Assembly (NCBI GenBank): GCA_964599285.1
Contig: CAZREI010000002.1
Span: 9,955 to 73,954 of the forward strand
Reading direction: 5' to 3'
Source: an uncultured Candidatus Saccharibacteria bacterium
GTDB taxonomy: Bacteria > Patescibacteriota > Minisyncoccia > Minisyncoccales > Staskawiczbacteraceae
DNA: 64,000 bases
Part shown: positions 42,594 to 52,098 of the stretch, piece by piece
Layout: each line of letters starts with the position of its first letter
Position numbering within the stretch: the stretch's first letter is position 1
The notes under the pieces: model-generated
What the model was told of the DNA's origin: nothing
The model's database searches: none
Seen by the model: the letters and a program-made list of their open reading frames with translations, nothing else
Translations under genes and position numbers: made by a program

Positions 42594-43367
42594 TTATTTT
42601 TTACTAACTTTTCTAGCTAATATTTTTGCAGATATATTAAATATGGGACTTCCATCTAATTTTTTGCCAAATGCCTTTCTCTTAACTTCATTGTATTCTA
42701 AAATTTCCCAACCCATATACATCTCTTTCAATTCGCCCTCATCTGGATAAAAATTATCTGTTTTGGGATCCTCCCTAAAAAAATCACCATTTTTCGTAAA
42801 AACCGTTATCGCATTTAATCCTTTAAGATTAGTGTGCTCCTGAATTTCCCGTATTAGTTTTATTGCTTCCTCATAAGACAAATGATGCAGCATAAAAGTA
42901 GAGACTAACACATCAAAATTACTATCAAGATTTAAATGGCGGCTATCTACAATTTCTGTTTTTATACCTAAATCTTTTTCCTGAGATACTTTTTTTATTT
43001 TTTCTATTCCAACTTTGGAAATATCTTCTGCCGTAACTTCAAATCCATTTTCAGCCAAAAATATAGAATTTCTCCCTTCACCAGCTCCTAATTCTAAAAC
43101 GGAACCTGAATTGCGATATTTTAGTATATCTTCAACAATTTTTTCTGGTTTTCCTTGGCCAAAAGTAACCCCATTTTCAGAATACATTTTGTCATAATGT
43201 TCTGCTATCTTATCTGCTGCTCCATCTTCACTTTCATTATTTTTTAACTGCTCTGCCATAAATTTACTACTAGGAATATTTTGATTTCGTTGCTGTATTT
43301 TACCATAAATCGGTTCAATCAGGCAACTGAAAGCTGTACATTTGTATATTTTCTTTACCTTGTTCAT
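42594..43367 (-). CDS. class I SAM-dependent methyltransferase (TehB-like)
   Basis: VLELGAGEGRNSIFLAENGFEVTAEDIS. Confidence 0.7.
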   Translation of the reverse strand: MNKVKKIYKCTAFSCLIEPIYGKIQQRNQNIPSSKFMAEQLKNNESEDGAADKIAEHYDKMYSENGVTFGQGKPEKIVEDILKYRNSGSVLELGAGEGRNSIFLAENGFEVTAEDISKVGIEKIKKVSQEKDLGIKTEIVDSRHLNLDSNFDVLVSTFMLHHLSYEEAIKLIREIQEHTNLKGLNAITVFTKNGDFFREDPKTDNFYPDEGELKEMYMGWEILEYNEVKRKAFGKKLDGSPIFNISAKILARKVSKK

Positions 43368-43482
43368 TGAGAAATAGATTCTGTCTCATTACCCAACACC
43401 ATTGACAATGGAGGGCATATGATATAATGTAAAAATAGTTTTTGGTACTTTGAAAATCCGAACTTCAATTTGGAGGATTGTT

Positions 43483-43977
43483 ATGTCTCATGCTATATCT
43501 AAGCAAAAAGTCTACGAAATGCTGATTGAGGAGATTAACCAAGTTATTGATAGGCTCACGAAGGTATATGAGACCACAAGTGATGCTGCGGTCAAGGCGC
43601 AGGGACGTATGGAATCACGCTACGACACGACCAAGGAAGAGCAAAGTAAGCTCGCAGATGCTATTGGTATGCAAGTTTATGAGCATAGGAAGCGTCTTAA
43701 GTCGCTTCAGTATTTCTGGTCTATAACAACGAAAAACGTAGGGACAGTTATTGGTCCCGGGTCGTTAGTTATAGTTGAAGCTGATAATCAAGAAGAAGTA
43801 TACTTTATTATTGAATCAGGGAGCGGTTACGTTTTTGAACTAGAAGGTTGCGAAATTGTTTGTATCTCTGTTCAGACGCCGCTCGCTCAATCACTAACTG
43901 GGCACAAACAAGGTGAAGTAGTGGAAGTGATAGTTGGGGGGGAAAAACGCTTACTAACTATCAAGTCCCTGCAGTAA
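43483..43977 (+). CDS. GreA/GreB-family-like protein
   Basis: C-terminal FKBP-like domain ISVQTPLAQSLTGHKQGEVVEVIVGGEKRLLTIKSL resembles GreA C-terminus; GGAGG SD. Confidence 0.55.
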   Translation: MSHAISKQKVYEMLIEEINQVIDRLTKVYETTSDAAVKAQGRMESRYDTTKEEQSKLADAIGMQVYEHRKRLKSLQYFWSITTKNVGTVIGPGSLVIVEADNQEEVYFIIESGSGYVFELEGCEIVCISVQTPLAQSLTGHKQGEVVEVIVGGEKRLLTIKSLQ

Positions 43978-43997
43978 TCCAACTGAAAGGATTTGAG

Positions 43998-44564
43998 ATG
44001 AAACTGGAACATGTCTTTGTTAGTATTGATGGAGTAGATGGTGTTGGCAAGACCACGGTAGCAAAGCTTCTTGCTGCTGATGGATCTTTCCAATATCACA
44101 AGTCTCCAACCAGCCCTTTTGCGCAACTGCGAAAAGAAGTTGACGCTCACGCAAATCCGATTGAACGCTACTGCTTCTACCGTATAGCAACGCAGTTTGA
44201 TTCAGCGCAGATAAGCAAGTTGCTGGAAACAAACTCAGTTGTCTGTGATCGCTACATTGCGTCAACGGCGGCATATCACATCGCAATGGACGCTCGTATT
44301 CGAGTTATCCATAGTGATGCGGAACTCCTTAAGCCACATTTTGCGTTTCTTCTAGGTGCTCGTTCGGAGATTCGTGATAAGCGAATACTTGAACGCGCAA
44401 AAGTGTTAAGCGATGTAAAACTTGAGAGAGATAGTATGCTCCTCGATCGCGTCGCTGAAATTTTTATGTCGTTCGGTCTTACCTACATTGACACCAGCGA
44501 CATCCCAGCTGAAGAAGTCGTACAAGTAATAAAGCGCATCGTTGCGCAAGGAGGAATACCATGA
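43998..44564 (+). CDS. thymidylate-kinase-like P-loop nucleotide kinase
   Basis: SIDGVDGVGKTT P-loop; DRYIAS; AAGGA SD. Confidence 0.65.
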   Translation: MKLEHVFVSIDGVDGVGKTTVAKLLAADGSFQYHKSPTSPFAQLRKEVDAHANPIERYCFYRIATQFDSAQISKLLETNSVVCDRYIASTAAYHIAMDARIRVIHSDAELLKPHFAFLLGARSEIRDKRILERAKVLSDVKLERDSMLLDRVAEIFMSFGLTYIDTSDIPAEEVVQVIKRIVAQGGIP

Positions 44565-45574
44565 GCTTGAAGCCGCTTTCGTACGCTCACATCATGGCCA
44601 TTGCAGATGCGTGGCGTGATATGGGTGGTGTTCCTGAAGTAGAAATCGGTGCCCTTGAACCGCTTTTGTGGCGTGACGAGCAATATCGCATTCACGATGT
44701 TGTGAGTGCGCTGACTGAACGCGGATTCAATGTTTCGATGACCACCAATGGACAATTACTGGATATCTTCGCCAAGAATTTGAGTCGTGCAGGTCTCTCA
44801 CTCATACGAACTAGCTGGCACTCGACTGACCCACTTATGTTTCGGGAAATATCTGGAGGTTATGGTGATTACAATCGGTTCATGCGTGGGATAATACTTG
44901 CGCTTGAATCGGGTATAAAAATTGCCTTCAATCGCGTACTCCACAAAGGGTACACTGATGATATTCCCGAACAATTGTCGTTCATTGAGCGGTACAAAAG
45001 CCGACTCAAACTCTACACACTTCTATGGACGCCGCAGGGTGCATCTACTCACGAGTTGTTCTATCAAGATTGGCATCCTGTTGTGCGAGAATCAGTTTTG
45101 CCACGCACACTCAAGATAGTCAGAGTCAGAAAACAACTTGGTCGTGGACGTCTTCGGTTTCATCTTGTTGGAGGTGGATCGGTTGAAGTAAAGTTAGGTG
45201 ATAAATTGGACCGTAGTATGCACCCCTGTACATCATGCTCGTTTAAAAACGAGTGTGAAGAGGGGTTTGGCGACTATGTTCGAATTGACCCGCGTCTGCA
45301 CCTTTACTTCTGCTATATGCGCAGGGATATCGGATTCCAAATACCGGAATACTTTGGGAGACCAGAGGTATTGAAGCAGAAGTTACAAGAAGCAATTGGG
45401 ACAATAGATGTTGAGAATCTTCTTGTAACGGCTCCGCTACGCCTGACCGTAACGCCATTCTGCAATTTTAATTGCAGAGCGCCTGGCGCAAAACAGGGAT
45501 GGTGCATGGAGGAGCCAGGTGAGTACACATATCCAAAAATTCGTTTGTCTCTCCTGGGAGAAAACAAACCTTAA
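44561..45574 (+). CDS. MoaA-like radical-SAM-fold protein with cluster-loop-like motif at C-terminus
   Basis: EPLL...SMTTNGQLL...SWHSTDPLMF...IKIAFNRVLHKGYTDD...CTSC..C follows MoaA. No N-terminal CX3CX2C. C-terminal LRLTVTPFCNFNCRAPGAKQGWC resembles the MoaA N-terminal loop. Confidence 0.55.
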   Translation: MSLKPLSYAHIMAIADAWRDMGGVPEVEIGALEPLLWRDEQYRIHDVVSALTERGFNVSMTTNGQLLDIFAKNLSRAGLSLIRTSWHSTDPLMFREISGGYGDYNRFMRGIILALESGIKIAFNRVLHKGYTDDIPEQLSFIERYKSRLKLYTLLWTPQGASTHELFYQDWHPVVRESVLPRTLKIVRVRKQLGRGRLRFHLVGGGSVEVKLGDKLDRSMHPCTSCSFKNECEEGFGDYVRIDPRLHLYFCYMRRDIGFQIPEYFGRPEVLKQKLQEAIGTIDVENLLVTAPLRLTVTPFCNFNCRAPGAKQGWCMEEPGEYTYPKIRLSLLGENKP

Positions 45575-45595
45575 TGCCGCGATGAGCTTACAAGT

Positions 45596-46174
45596 TCATG
45601 CGGCTTTTTTCTTTGGTGGATTTGAGAATGTGATTTTCGACAAACGAATTATTGTTTCGGCAGGAATACCTATTTCTTTTTCGTATATAAGATCAATACT
45701 ACCAAAGACAGCTTTTCTGAATTCAAAACCTAATTCACTGGATATTTCTTGCACTATTTTCTCGTTTGACCCCTCAATCTCTACAAATGGATTTAGTCCA
45801 GGCCATGTATCAATCATTACTTCCACTCCGTCACGCACCCATACCTCGCGCATATTTTCCTGAAATGCTTTTACGGGGGCACCACATGCTTCTAAAAACG
45901 ATGCGGCAGTATCAAAATCATTGACAATAAGCTCAACTTCATAAGTGTCGTTGATGCCCAATCCACGAACTTCTTTAATAGTCATTGTTACCTTATCGGA
46001 TTCTTGCCGAACACGACCCCATTTATTTCGTCCAGGCGCAATACGAGAAAAATCAAAAGTTTTTCTCCGCATCATATAATCCGGGGTTTTTAAATCAAAT
46101 CCCTTACTTTTTAATTTGACTCGTAGTAAATCTTTATTGACCGATAGGAATTTTGCCTCTACTTCTTTTTTCAT
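45596..46174 (-). CDS. CYTH-domain protein
   Basis: N-terminal EVEAKF. Confidence 0.65.
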   Translation of the reverse strand: MKKEVEAKFLSVNKDLLRVKLKSKGFDLKTPDYMMRRKTFDFSRIAPGRNKWGRVRQESDKVTMTIKEVRGLGINDTYEVELIVNDFDTAASFLEACGAPVKAFQENMREVWVRDGVEVMIDTWPGLNPFVEIEGSNEKIVQEISSELGFEFRKAVFGSIDLIYEKEIGIPAETIIRLSKITFSNPPKKKAA

Positions 46175-46238
46175 AACTGTAGTTTATCACGAATTTTATC
46201 ATCTGCATAATTTAAAGAAATACAATTTTATAGGCTCT

Positions 46239-46817
46239 CTATAATACTTCCGCAGAAAATAATTTTAGTTTATCCGCTAACTTACTAATAGGAAGCCCTT
46301 CAGCACCAAAAAAGTCACCTTCTATTTTTTCAATCAATACCGCGCCAATGCCTTGAATGGCATATGAACCAGCTTTATCTAAAGGTTCCCCGGTTTCTAT
46401 ATATTTTTTGATTGTACTGGAAGTAAACTTTTTCATATAAACCACTGTTTTATCGTGAAAAGATAGTGATTTGCCGTTCTTGGTATCGATAATAGTAACT
46501 CCAGATATAATATCGTGTTTTGTCCCGCTTAACATTGTAAGCATTTTCTCGGCATCTTTTTTATTTTTTGGTTTACCCAATTTCTTATTCTTATATACTA
46601 CAATCGTGTCAGCAGCGATGATAATGGTATTAGGATTTTTAAGAGCAACACTTTCTGCTTTTCCTTGCGACAAATATTCAACCAGTTTTTCGGGTGACAT
46701 TTTCAGATTCATATCTTCCCGATAATCACTTGCCTGAATTTGAAAAACTAACCCTGTTCTTGCAAGGATTTCTTTTCTTCGCGGAGAAGTTGAGGCTAAT
46801 ACTATTTTTCTATTCAT
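46239..46817 (-). CDS. maf: Maf-like nucleoside triphosphate pyrophosphatase
   Basis: IVLASTSPRRKEIL. Confidence 0.85.
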   Translation of the reverse strand: MNRKIVLASTSPRRKEILARTGLVFQIQASDYREDMNLKMSPEKLVEYLSQGKAESVALKNPNTIIIAADTIVVYKNKKLGKPKNKKDAEKMLTMLSGTKHDIISGVTIIDTKNGKSLSFHDKTVVYMKKFTSSTIKKYIETGEPLDKAGSYAIQGIGAVLIEKIEGDFFGAEGLPISKLADKLKLFSAEVL

Positions 46818-46830
46818 GATAAAAAATCTA

Positions 46831-47370
46831 TTATGTTTTTTTATAAAAACTTTCAGGTGGCGCGATTATCTGAATGAAGGCATTTCTTAAAGATTCTTCC
46901 AAACTTATTTCCCGTATCAGCACCCCTCCAGAATATGTTCCCCATGTATCATTCGGCAAGTTGCCAAATTCCTTTTCAATCATTGCCATAACGCCATAAT
47001 GTTCCATGTTTAGATCATCCATTTTTTGCAAGATATAATCTGGAACTTTTAATCCACTAGAATATCCGTAGTATTCTTTGCTGTCACCAGTTATAATAAC
47101 AGCCCAACACTCTTCATACATATGTCCGTATCTTTCTACTAAACCGCTTTCCAATCCTATATAATAATCGCAATTTATAACATGATGTTTAGAGTCCATC
47201 GCCCTATTCCTTGCTCCATCAAAAGTTTGCTGATCGTAAGGAGTATAAGGAACTTTGGATTCTGCATCATAACTTTCAGTAACTATATTTTTCTCATTAA
47301 AAAGTTGGCCAACAACCTTTTCAGTGACAGCAATTTTTCTCTGACTTTTGGAACCAACAACAAATTTCAT
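46831..47370 (-). CDS. YjjX-like non-canonical purine NTP phosphatase
   Basis: MKFVVGSKSQRKIAVTEK...YIGLESGLV. Confidence 0.6.
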   Translation of the reverse strand: MKFVVGSKSQRKIAVTEKVVGQLFNEKNIVTESYDAESKVPYTPYDQQTFDGARNRAMDSKHHVINCDYYIGLESGLVERYGHMYEECWAVIITGDSKEYYGYSSGLKVPDYILQKMDDLNMEHYGVMAMIEKEFGNLPNDTWGTYSGGVLIREISLEESLRNAFIQIIAPPESFYKKT

Positions 47371-47438
47371 AATTTCTATTTTTAATTTTTGTATCCCCCA
47401 TTTATCTATATGTGAAAAGCAAAAAATAGGAAAATAGA

Positions 47439-48986
47439 TTACTTCTTCACCCACTTCTGTTTGATGCCCAGTTTAAAATGCTTTGGATCTTCGGCTGGCC
47501 AAAATTGTAATCTAGGCAATGCACGGTTACCGATAAATTTATGCAACTCCCGATATTCGGAGTTTTTTAATTCTAACTGTTCAGTGATAGCGTTAACCAT
47601 GGCACGTTTAATGACCTTGGGGATACCATTCTCTCCATAAGGTTTTTTCATCTCCAAATGAATTAAAAGATACTGGTTTTGCTTGCGGTCAAATTGGGTC
47701 TCCAAAGTGAATTTTCCTGTCACATACATGGCCAGCGGTTTTTTGAGCAAGGCCGCCCTGATCGGTTCTGGATAAATTTGCAAGCCATATAACGTAACTG
47801 ACAAGTCGCTGCGTTCAAAAACAAACACAAACGGAAGTTCGTTGGCAACTGTATCTATGCCGGCTTTTTTTTCTTCACGGACAATATCTACGCCATGCTT
47901 TTTGAGCAGGGCAACCATTTGCGAATAAGAATACACTCCCCCATGATCTCCAACATTATAGCGGATTAAGGGAATTTCGTTATTACCCGTTAAAATAATA
48001 TTCCCGTCTACTGACTCAAAATTAATAAATAACGGATTAAATTGAGTTAAGGTGGGTGTCTTATTGATTGATCCGAAGATATCTTTAAATAAGTCTGGCT
48101 TACTGGTGGCTATTCTCCGAATTAAAATACTCAGCGGAGTTTCATAAGCCATAGCACCAATATCCGCAGTTCCGTAAATATTCAACGTATCCAAGTAAAT
48201 ATTTTTAATACGGACACTATCGGCTAAGTAACTTCTGAACTCTTCGGTAAAAGCTTCTGCCGCAAAGAGTAACTTCACATTCATCTTTTTAAAGTCTACG
48301 CTTTGGGAAGCTGACTCATCAACAATATCTTTGATAAACGGCGGGTATCCGACTAAAACGACGGTATGAAAATGAGGCGCCAACTTTTTTAAGGTGTTGA
48401 AAATTTCTTTTTTATTAATGCCCGGGGTAATAATGGATATTGGAGTACCAATACGCTGGGCAGCCATTTCAAATGCTTTATAGGTAATCAAGCCCCCTAT
48501 CCACACTCCCATCCCAAAACAAATAACCACCAAGGTAGGGCCTTGTTTTTTTTGCAAACTATTCTTAAGAAATTCTTCAATCAACAAAGAATACTGCCAA
48601 TCCAGTTCGTTTCCCCTAGGAAAATAAAATGGCTCTCCCGTAGAACCAGATGTTGAAGTAAATACTAATGGTTTTTCCAGATTTCCGTTCCAGCAAACTT
48701 TTTCAAGTGAATATTTACGCAGATAGTCTTTTTTGCTAATAGGCGGAACTTGCACAAAATCGTCCCATGTTTTTATTTCTCCAGGATTAACTCTATTTTT
48801 TTTAAGAAAATCCTGATAAGCGGGAACAAATTCAGCTGCTTTACGGAAAAGTGCCAATGAACGTTTTTTTTGTTCCAATGACCAATCATTTGAATTTCTT
48901 TTTTTTACATCCAAAAGATCCGGGCTATTCTGTTTGATAACTTTAAAAAGAGTAGATGTGGTAAAACTTTTTTGAGATTTCATCAA
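47439..48986 (-). CDS. adenylate-forming enzyme, PaaK-like (F390 synthetase-like)
   Basis: TSTSGSTGEPF. Confidence 0.7.
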   Translation of the reverse strand: MMKSQKSFTTSTLFKVIKQNSPDLLDVKKRNSNDWSLEQKKRSLALFRKAAEFVPAYQDFLKKNRVNPGEIKTWDDFVQVPPISKKDYLRKYSLEKVCWNGNLEKPLVFTSTSGSTGEPFYFPRGNELDWQYSLLIEEFLKNSLQKKQGPTLVVICFGMGVWIGGLITYKAFEMAAQRIGTPISIITPGINKKEIFNTLKKLAPHFHTVVLVGYPPFIKDIVDESASQSVDFKKMNVKLLFAAEAFTEEFRSYLADSVRIKNIYLDTLNIYGTADIGAMAYETPLSILIRRIATSKPDLFKDIFGSINKTPTLTQFNPLFINFESVDGNIILTGNNEIPLIRYNVGDHGGVYSYSQMVALLKKHGVDIVREEKKAGIDTVANELPFVFVFERSDLSVTLYGLQIYPEPIRAALLKKPLAMYVTGKFTLETQFDRKQNQYLLIHLEMKKPYGENGIPKVIKRAMVNAITEQLELKNSEYRELHKFIGNRALPRLQFWPAEDPKHFKLGIKQKWVKK

Positions 48987-48989
48987 ATC

Positions 48990-49289
48990 TTATCTTACAA
49001 GCAGCAGCAATGCCGCTCCGCCGCTTTCTATGTGGTCTCCTACGACTTTTCCTATGCAACGGTTTTCATAGTCAAAAACCTGGCCGTCGCCGTGGACCGT
49101 GCCGATGTGGCTTCCGGCTTTGTACACGTACCCGTTGGCTCCAAAATTTCCGACCACGCTTCCCGAAGCATTGTGCACTTCACTATCGCTTGAAACATAT
49201 CCAATAATAACGTTTGCCGTGTTGCGGACCCTCCCATCTTCTCCAATGGTCGCCATTTTTTGCCCGGATATATCTAAGATGTCTGACAT
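48990..49289 (-). CDS. beta-rich hypothetical (bactofilin-like repeats)
   Basis: Start at MSDILD; G-x-V repeats. Confidence 0.35.
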   Translation of the reverse strand: MSDILDISGQKMATIGEDGRVRNTANVIIGYVSSDSEVHNASGSVVGNFGANGYVYKAGSHIGTVHGDGQVFDYENRCIGKVVGDHIESGGAALLLLVR

Positions 49290-49454
49290 AGTTTTTGGAG
49301 TAATCACGAATATACCAATACGATCAAATATACAAATGTTACAAATATACGAATGTGCTGGATTGCCACGTCGCTTCGCTCCTCGCAATGACGGACAGAA
49401 CGGATTTGTATATTGGTAAAATTTGTATATTGTTCTAAATTTGTATATTCGTGA

Positions 49455-50117
49455 TTACTCCCTAATTAGTTGGTATTCTTTGTTAAAAATCTTTTTGGAA
49501 ATAATAAAAATACTATAGGTGATAAAGGGCGCGGCAAAGACATCTATGGAATAATGCATGTGGGCCAAAATCATGGTGACGCCAAAAATGCCGGCGGCGA
49601 CAAAAAAGAAGTTTCTCCAAAGGGCTTCTTTCCAAAAAATCAGGCCAAATAAAAATGGCGCGCCCACGTGTCCCGAAAAGAAAAAATCATTTTTGGCATT
49701 GTATAAAAAATCGTAAATACTGAAACCAACGCCCTGGGCGTTTAAGGTGATTTGATGAAGGCTGACTCCCAAGTGCGTCAAGCTGATAAAAAAGGACCTG
49801 ACAATAATAAAAAATGCCAAAGATTTAATAGAAAAAAGCAGGTAGCGGGGCTGGATGGCGCAGAGCATCATAACGACAAAAGACAGTATCAGCGCGCCTT
49901 GCACAATGAAAAAATCTAAATTAATGGTGGGCAGGTTGTCCAATAATAAATCCCCCACGTAGGTTACCTGCGCGTGATGGTCAACATAATTGTAGGCAAA
50001 ATGCTGCACGAGCAAAGCGGCCGCCAATAGCGCCACGGCACCCAAGAACAACAAAAACGTATCCTTTTTCCAAAAATGCGTATGGCGCAAATATATTTTT
50101 TCTATGTAGCTATTCAT
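49455..50117 (-). CDS. PAP2-family membrane phosphatase
   Basis: SGH and HMHYSIDV motifs. Confidence 0.7.
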   Translation of the reverse strand: MNSYIEKIYLRHTHFWKKDTFLLFLGAVALLAAALLVQHFAYNYVDHHAQVTYVGDLLLDNLPTINLDFFIVQGALILSFVVMMLCAIQPRYLLFSIKSLAFFIIVRSFFISLTHLGVSLHQITLNAQGVGFSIYDFLYNAKNDFFFSGHVGAPFLFGLIFWKEALWRNFFFVAAGIFGVTMILAHMHYSIDVFAAPFITYSIFIISKKIFNKEYQLIRE

Positions 50118-50658
50118 ACCTTTCCCTGCGGAATTTATAAAACACTAAAAAAATAATCACTAAGGCAAAAGCGGTCAGCGCCATCATAGGAATGGTCACG
50201 TAGCCAAACTCAAATACGTAGCGCTTAATACAGGAAACTTGCACACCCCCGCGCAGGCAAAACACGTTCAATCCCCCATTATAGTAATAAATATAATTGT
50301 GATACAGTGACACCAAAAATCCCAAGCCCGCGAGCGCCAATCCATAGTCAGCCATGTGTCGGTCTTTTTTTACTAGCGCCATGCCCAACACTACCACCAA
50401 AGGATACATGAAAATCCGTTGAAACCAACACAGTTCGCAGGGAGGAAAACCGATTACGTTTGAATAAAAAAGGCTACCGGCTACTGAAATCAAACTGACC
50501 AAAAATGCTAATATCAATCCGCGACGCTCCACAAATTCCACCAAGGAAAACTGCTTTTTTTTAAAAAACAAAAGATAGATAATCGCCAAAACAATGCCAA
50601 CCTGGCTTAAAATTATCCCCAAAGAAAAAATGGTATTGGTAGCTGAAAGCAATGTCAT
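50110..50658 (-). CDS. DsbB/BdbC-family disulfide oxidoreductase
   Basis: PPCELCWFQRIFMYP. Confidence 0.7.
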   Translation of the reverse strand: MTLLSATNTIFSLGIILSQVGIVLAIIYLLFFKKKQFSLVEFVERRGLILAFLVSLISVAGSLFYSNVIGFPPCELCWFQRIFMYPLVVVLGMALVKKDRHMADYGLALAGLGFLVSLYHNYIYYYNGGLNVFCLRGGVQVSCIKRYVFEFGYVTIPMMALTAFALVIIFLVFYKFRRERYE

Positions 50659-50659
50659 G

Positions 50660-51046
50660 TTATTTGGGCAAGGCGCAGCCGGATTTTTGCGCCAGTTCCT
50701 GCAAACTTAATTCGCCCTCTTGTTTTGAATCGTCGGGTAGTTTCCAGGTTGGGTAACCTTCAATTTTTTGATCAGTGCATACCGCGAGCTCTCCGTTGCT
50801 ATCGGGCGTTGAGCACTCAACATAGGGAAGGTACTTTGCTGATTTTCCAAACAGTGACTTTTGGTCCTGGCAGTGCGGACACCAAAAAGCTCCGTACATT
50901 TTCAGTCCCTTGCTGTCAAGGCATTTGGCAAAATCATCCAGCTTGCCCGGCCCCTGGTCTTTTGCCCACAGAAAATAAAATAATCCGGCAACAACCAGCA
51001 AGGCTCCAATGATAATTAACAGGGTATTTTTCACTTTTGAATCCAT
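50660..51046 (-). CDS. membrane-anchored thioredoxin-fold thiol:disulfide oxidoreductase
   Basis: WCPHC. Confidence 0.7.
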   Translation of the reverse strand: MDSKVKNTLLIIIGALLVVAGLFYFLWAKDQGPGKLDDFAKCLDSKGLKMYGAFWCPHCQDQKSLFGKSAKYLPYVECSTPDSNGELAVCTDQKIEGYPTWKLPDDSKQEGELSLQELAQKSGCALPK

Positions 51047-51179
51047 GTAGTTTTTAGTTTTAGGTTCCGGCCGCGTCGCCCGCGGGCGACACGGCCTGTT
51101 AGTTTAGGTTTTTTTGGTTGTTAGTTTTAAACTGGAAACTTTCTAAACTTAAACTTTAAACTTAAAACTGATAACTATT

Positions 51180-51947
51180 TTAGATGAGACTCATCTGATT
51201 TTTCAATGACTCATTACTGATCAGTCTCCGATAAGCGCAATGCTGGCAATCCGGATTTGACGGTGGAATATTGTCCGAATCCAAACACTTTTTAATATTC
51301 ATAATGGCTTGGTCAACCCACGCGCTGTTTCCCTGATACGGAATAATAGACGTTTCAAATTCCAATTTGCCGCCAAACCCGGGCCGATTGCGCGACGCGT
51401 TGGCAAACAAGAAATAACCGACATCAGAAACAGAAAATCCAAGCCTTGCAAAAATCCACTGATACACTTCCATTTGCCTTTTATACCCTATTTTGTACTG
51501 GCTGTCCAACGATATGGGATAATCCGTGCTGGTGGATTTGTAATCCACAATGTGTAGCGCCCCAGTTTTTTGATCCGCCCAAATATCGTCCACAATGCCG
51601 CAGATGTTCAAATTGGTTTCTTTGTGCAACACGCAGGCTCCTAATTTTTTATTGTTGTCATCGCGCCAGATAGCAAAATCGGGATGGTAAAACGGAATAG
51701 CATCAATGCCATATTTTTGCATCAGCGGGTGCGACTTTTTTTGCTCGCGCAGCAGGTCAAACTCATTTTTCAAAAGCGCGTCAACGGCGCTGTTGAGCGA
51801 CCAGCCGGGCATATCGGGCCGCACAATCCCCAACCGCCGGTCCAACCAAAAGCACTGCGGGCATTCCAAAAAAAAGTCAATTTTTGAGCGGCTGACGTTG
51901 AATGGCTCTTTGGATGTCGGATTATAAAGATTGGTTCTGCGCTTTTG
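51180..51947 (-). CDS. PD-(D/E)xK nuclease, Cas4/RecB-like, with Cys cluster
   Basis: DYKST motif; CPQC...CQHC. Confidence 0.55.
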   Translation of the reverse strand, partial: QKRRTNLYNPTSKEPFNVSRSKIDFFLECPQCFWLDRRLGIVRPDMPGWSLNSAVDALLKNEFDLLREQKKSHPLMQKYGIDAIPFYHPDFAIWRDDNNKKLGACVLHKETNLNICGIVDDIWADQKTGALHIVDYKSTSTDYPISLDSQYKIGYKRQMEVYQWIFARLGFSVSDVGYFLFANASRNRPGFGGKLEFETSIIPYQGNSAWVDQAIMNIKKCLDSDNIPPSNPDCQHCAYRRLISNESLKNQMSLI

Positions 51948-51959
51948 CATAAATATGGC

Positions 51960-52095
51960 GACGCTAATTCCCAAGTCCCCAATTACCAATTCCCAATGAA
52001 ATGCTAAAAATCTTAATGCCCAAACCTGTTTTGGAATTTAGGATTTAGGATTTTCATTGGGAATTGGATATTGGGAATTGGAAATTAAGACCAGC
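51960..52095. repeat. family P repeat (gggaattgg/ccaattccc words)
   Basis: Related 53465-53530 and intragenic 38920-38962. Confidence 0.7.
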
Positions 52096-52098
52096 AGG

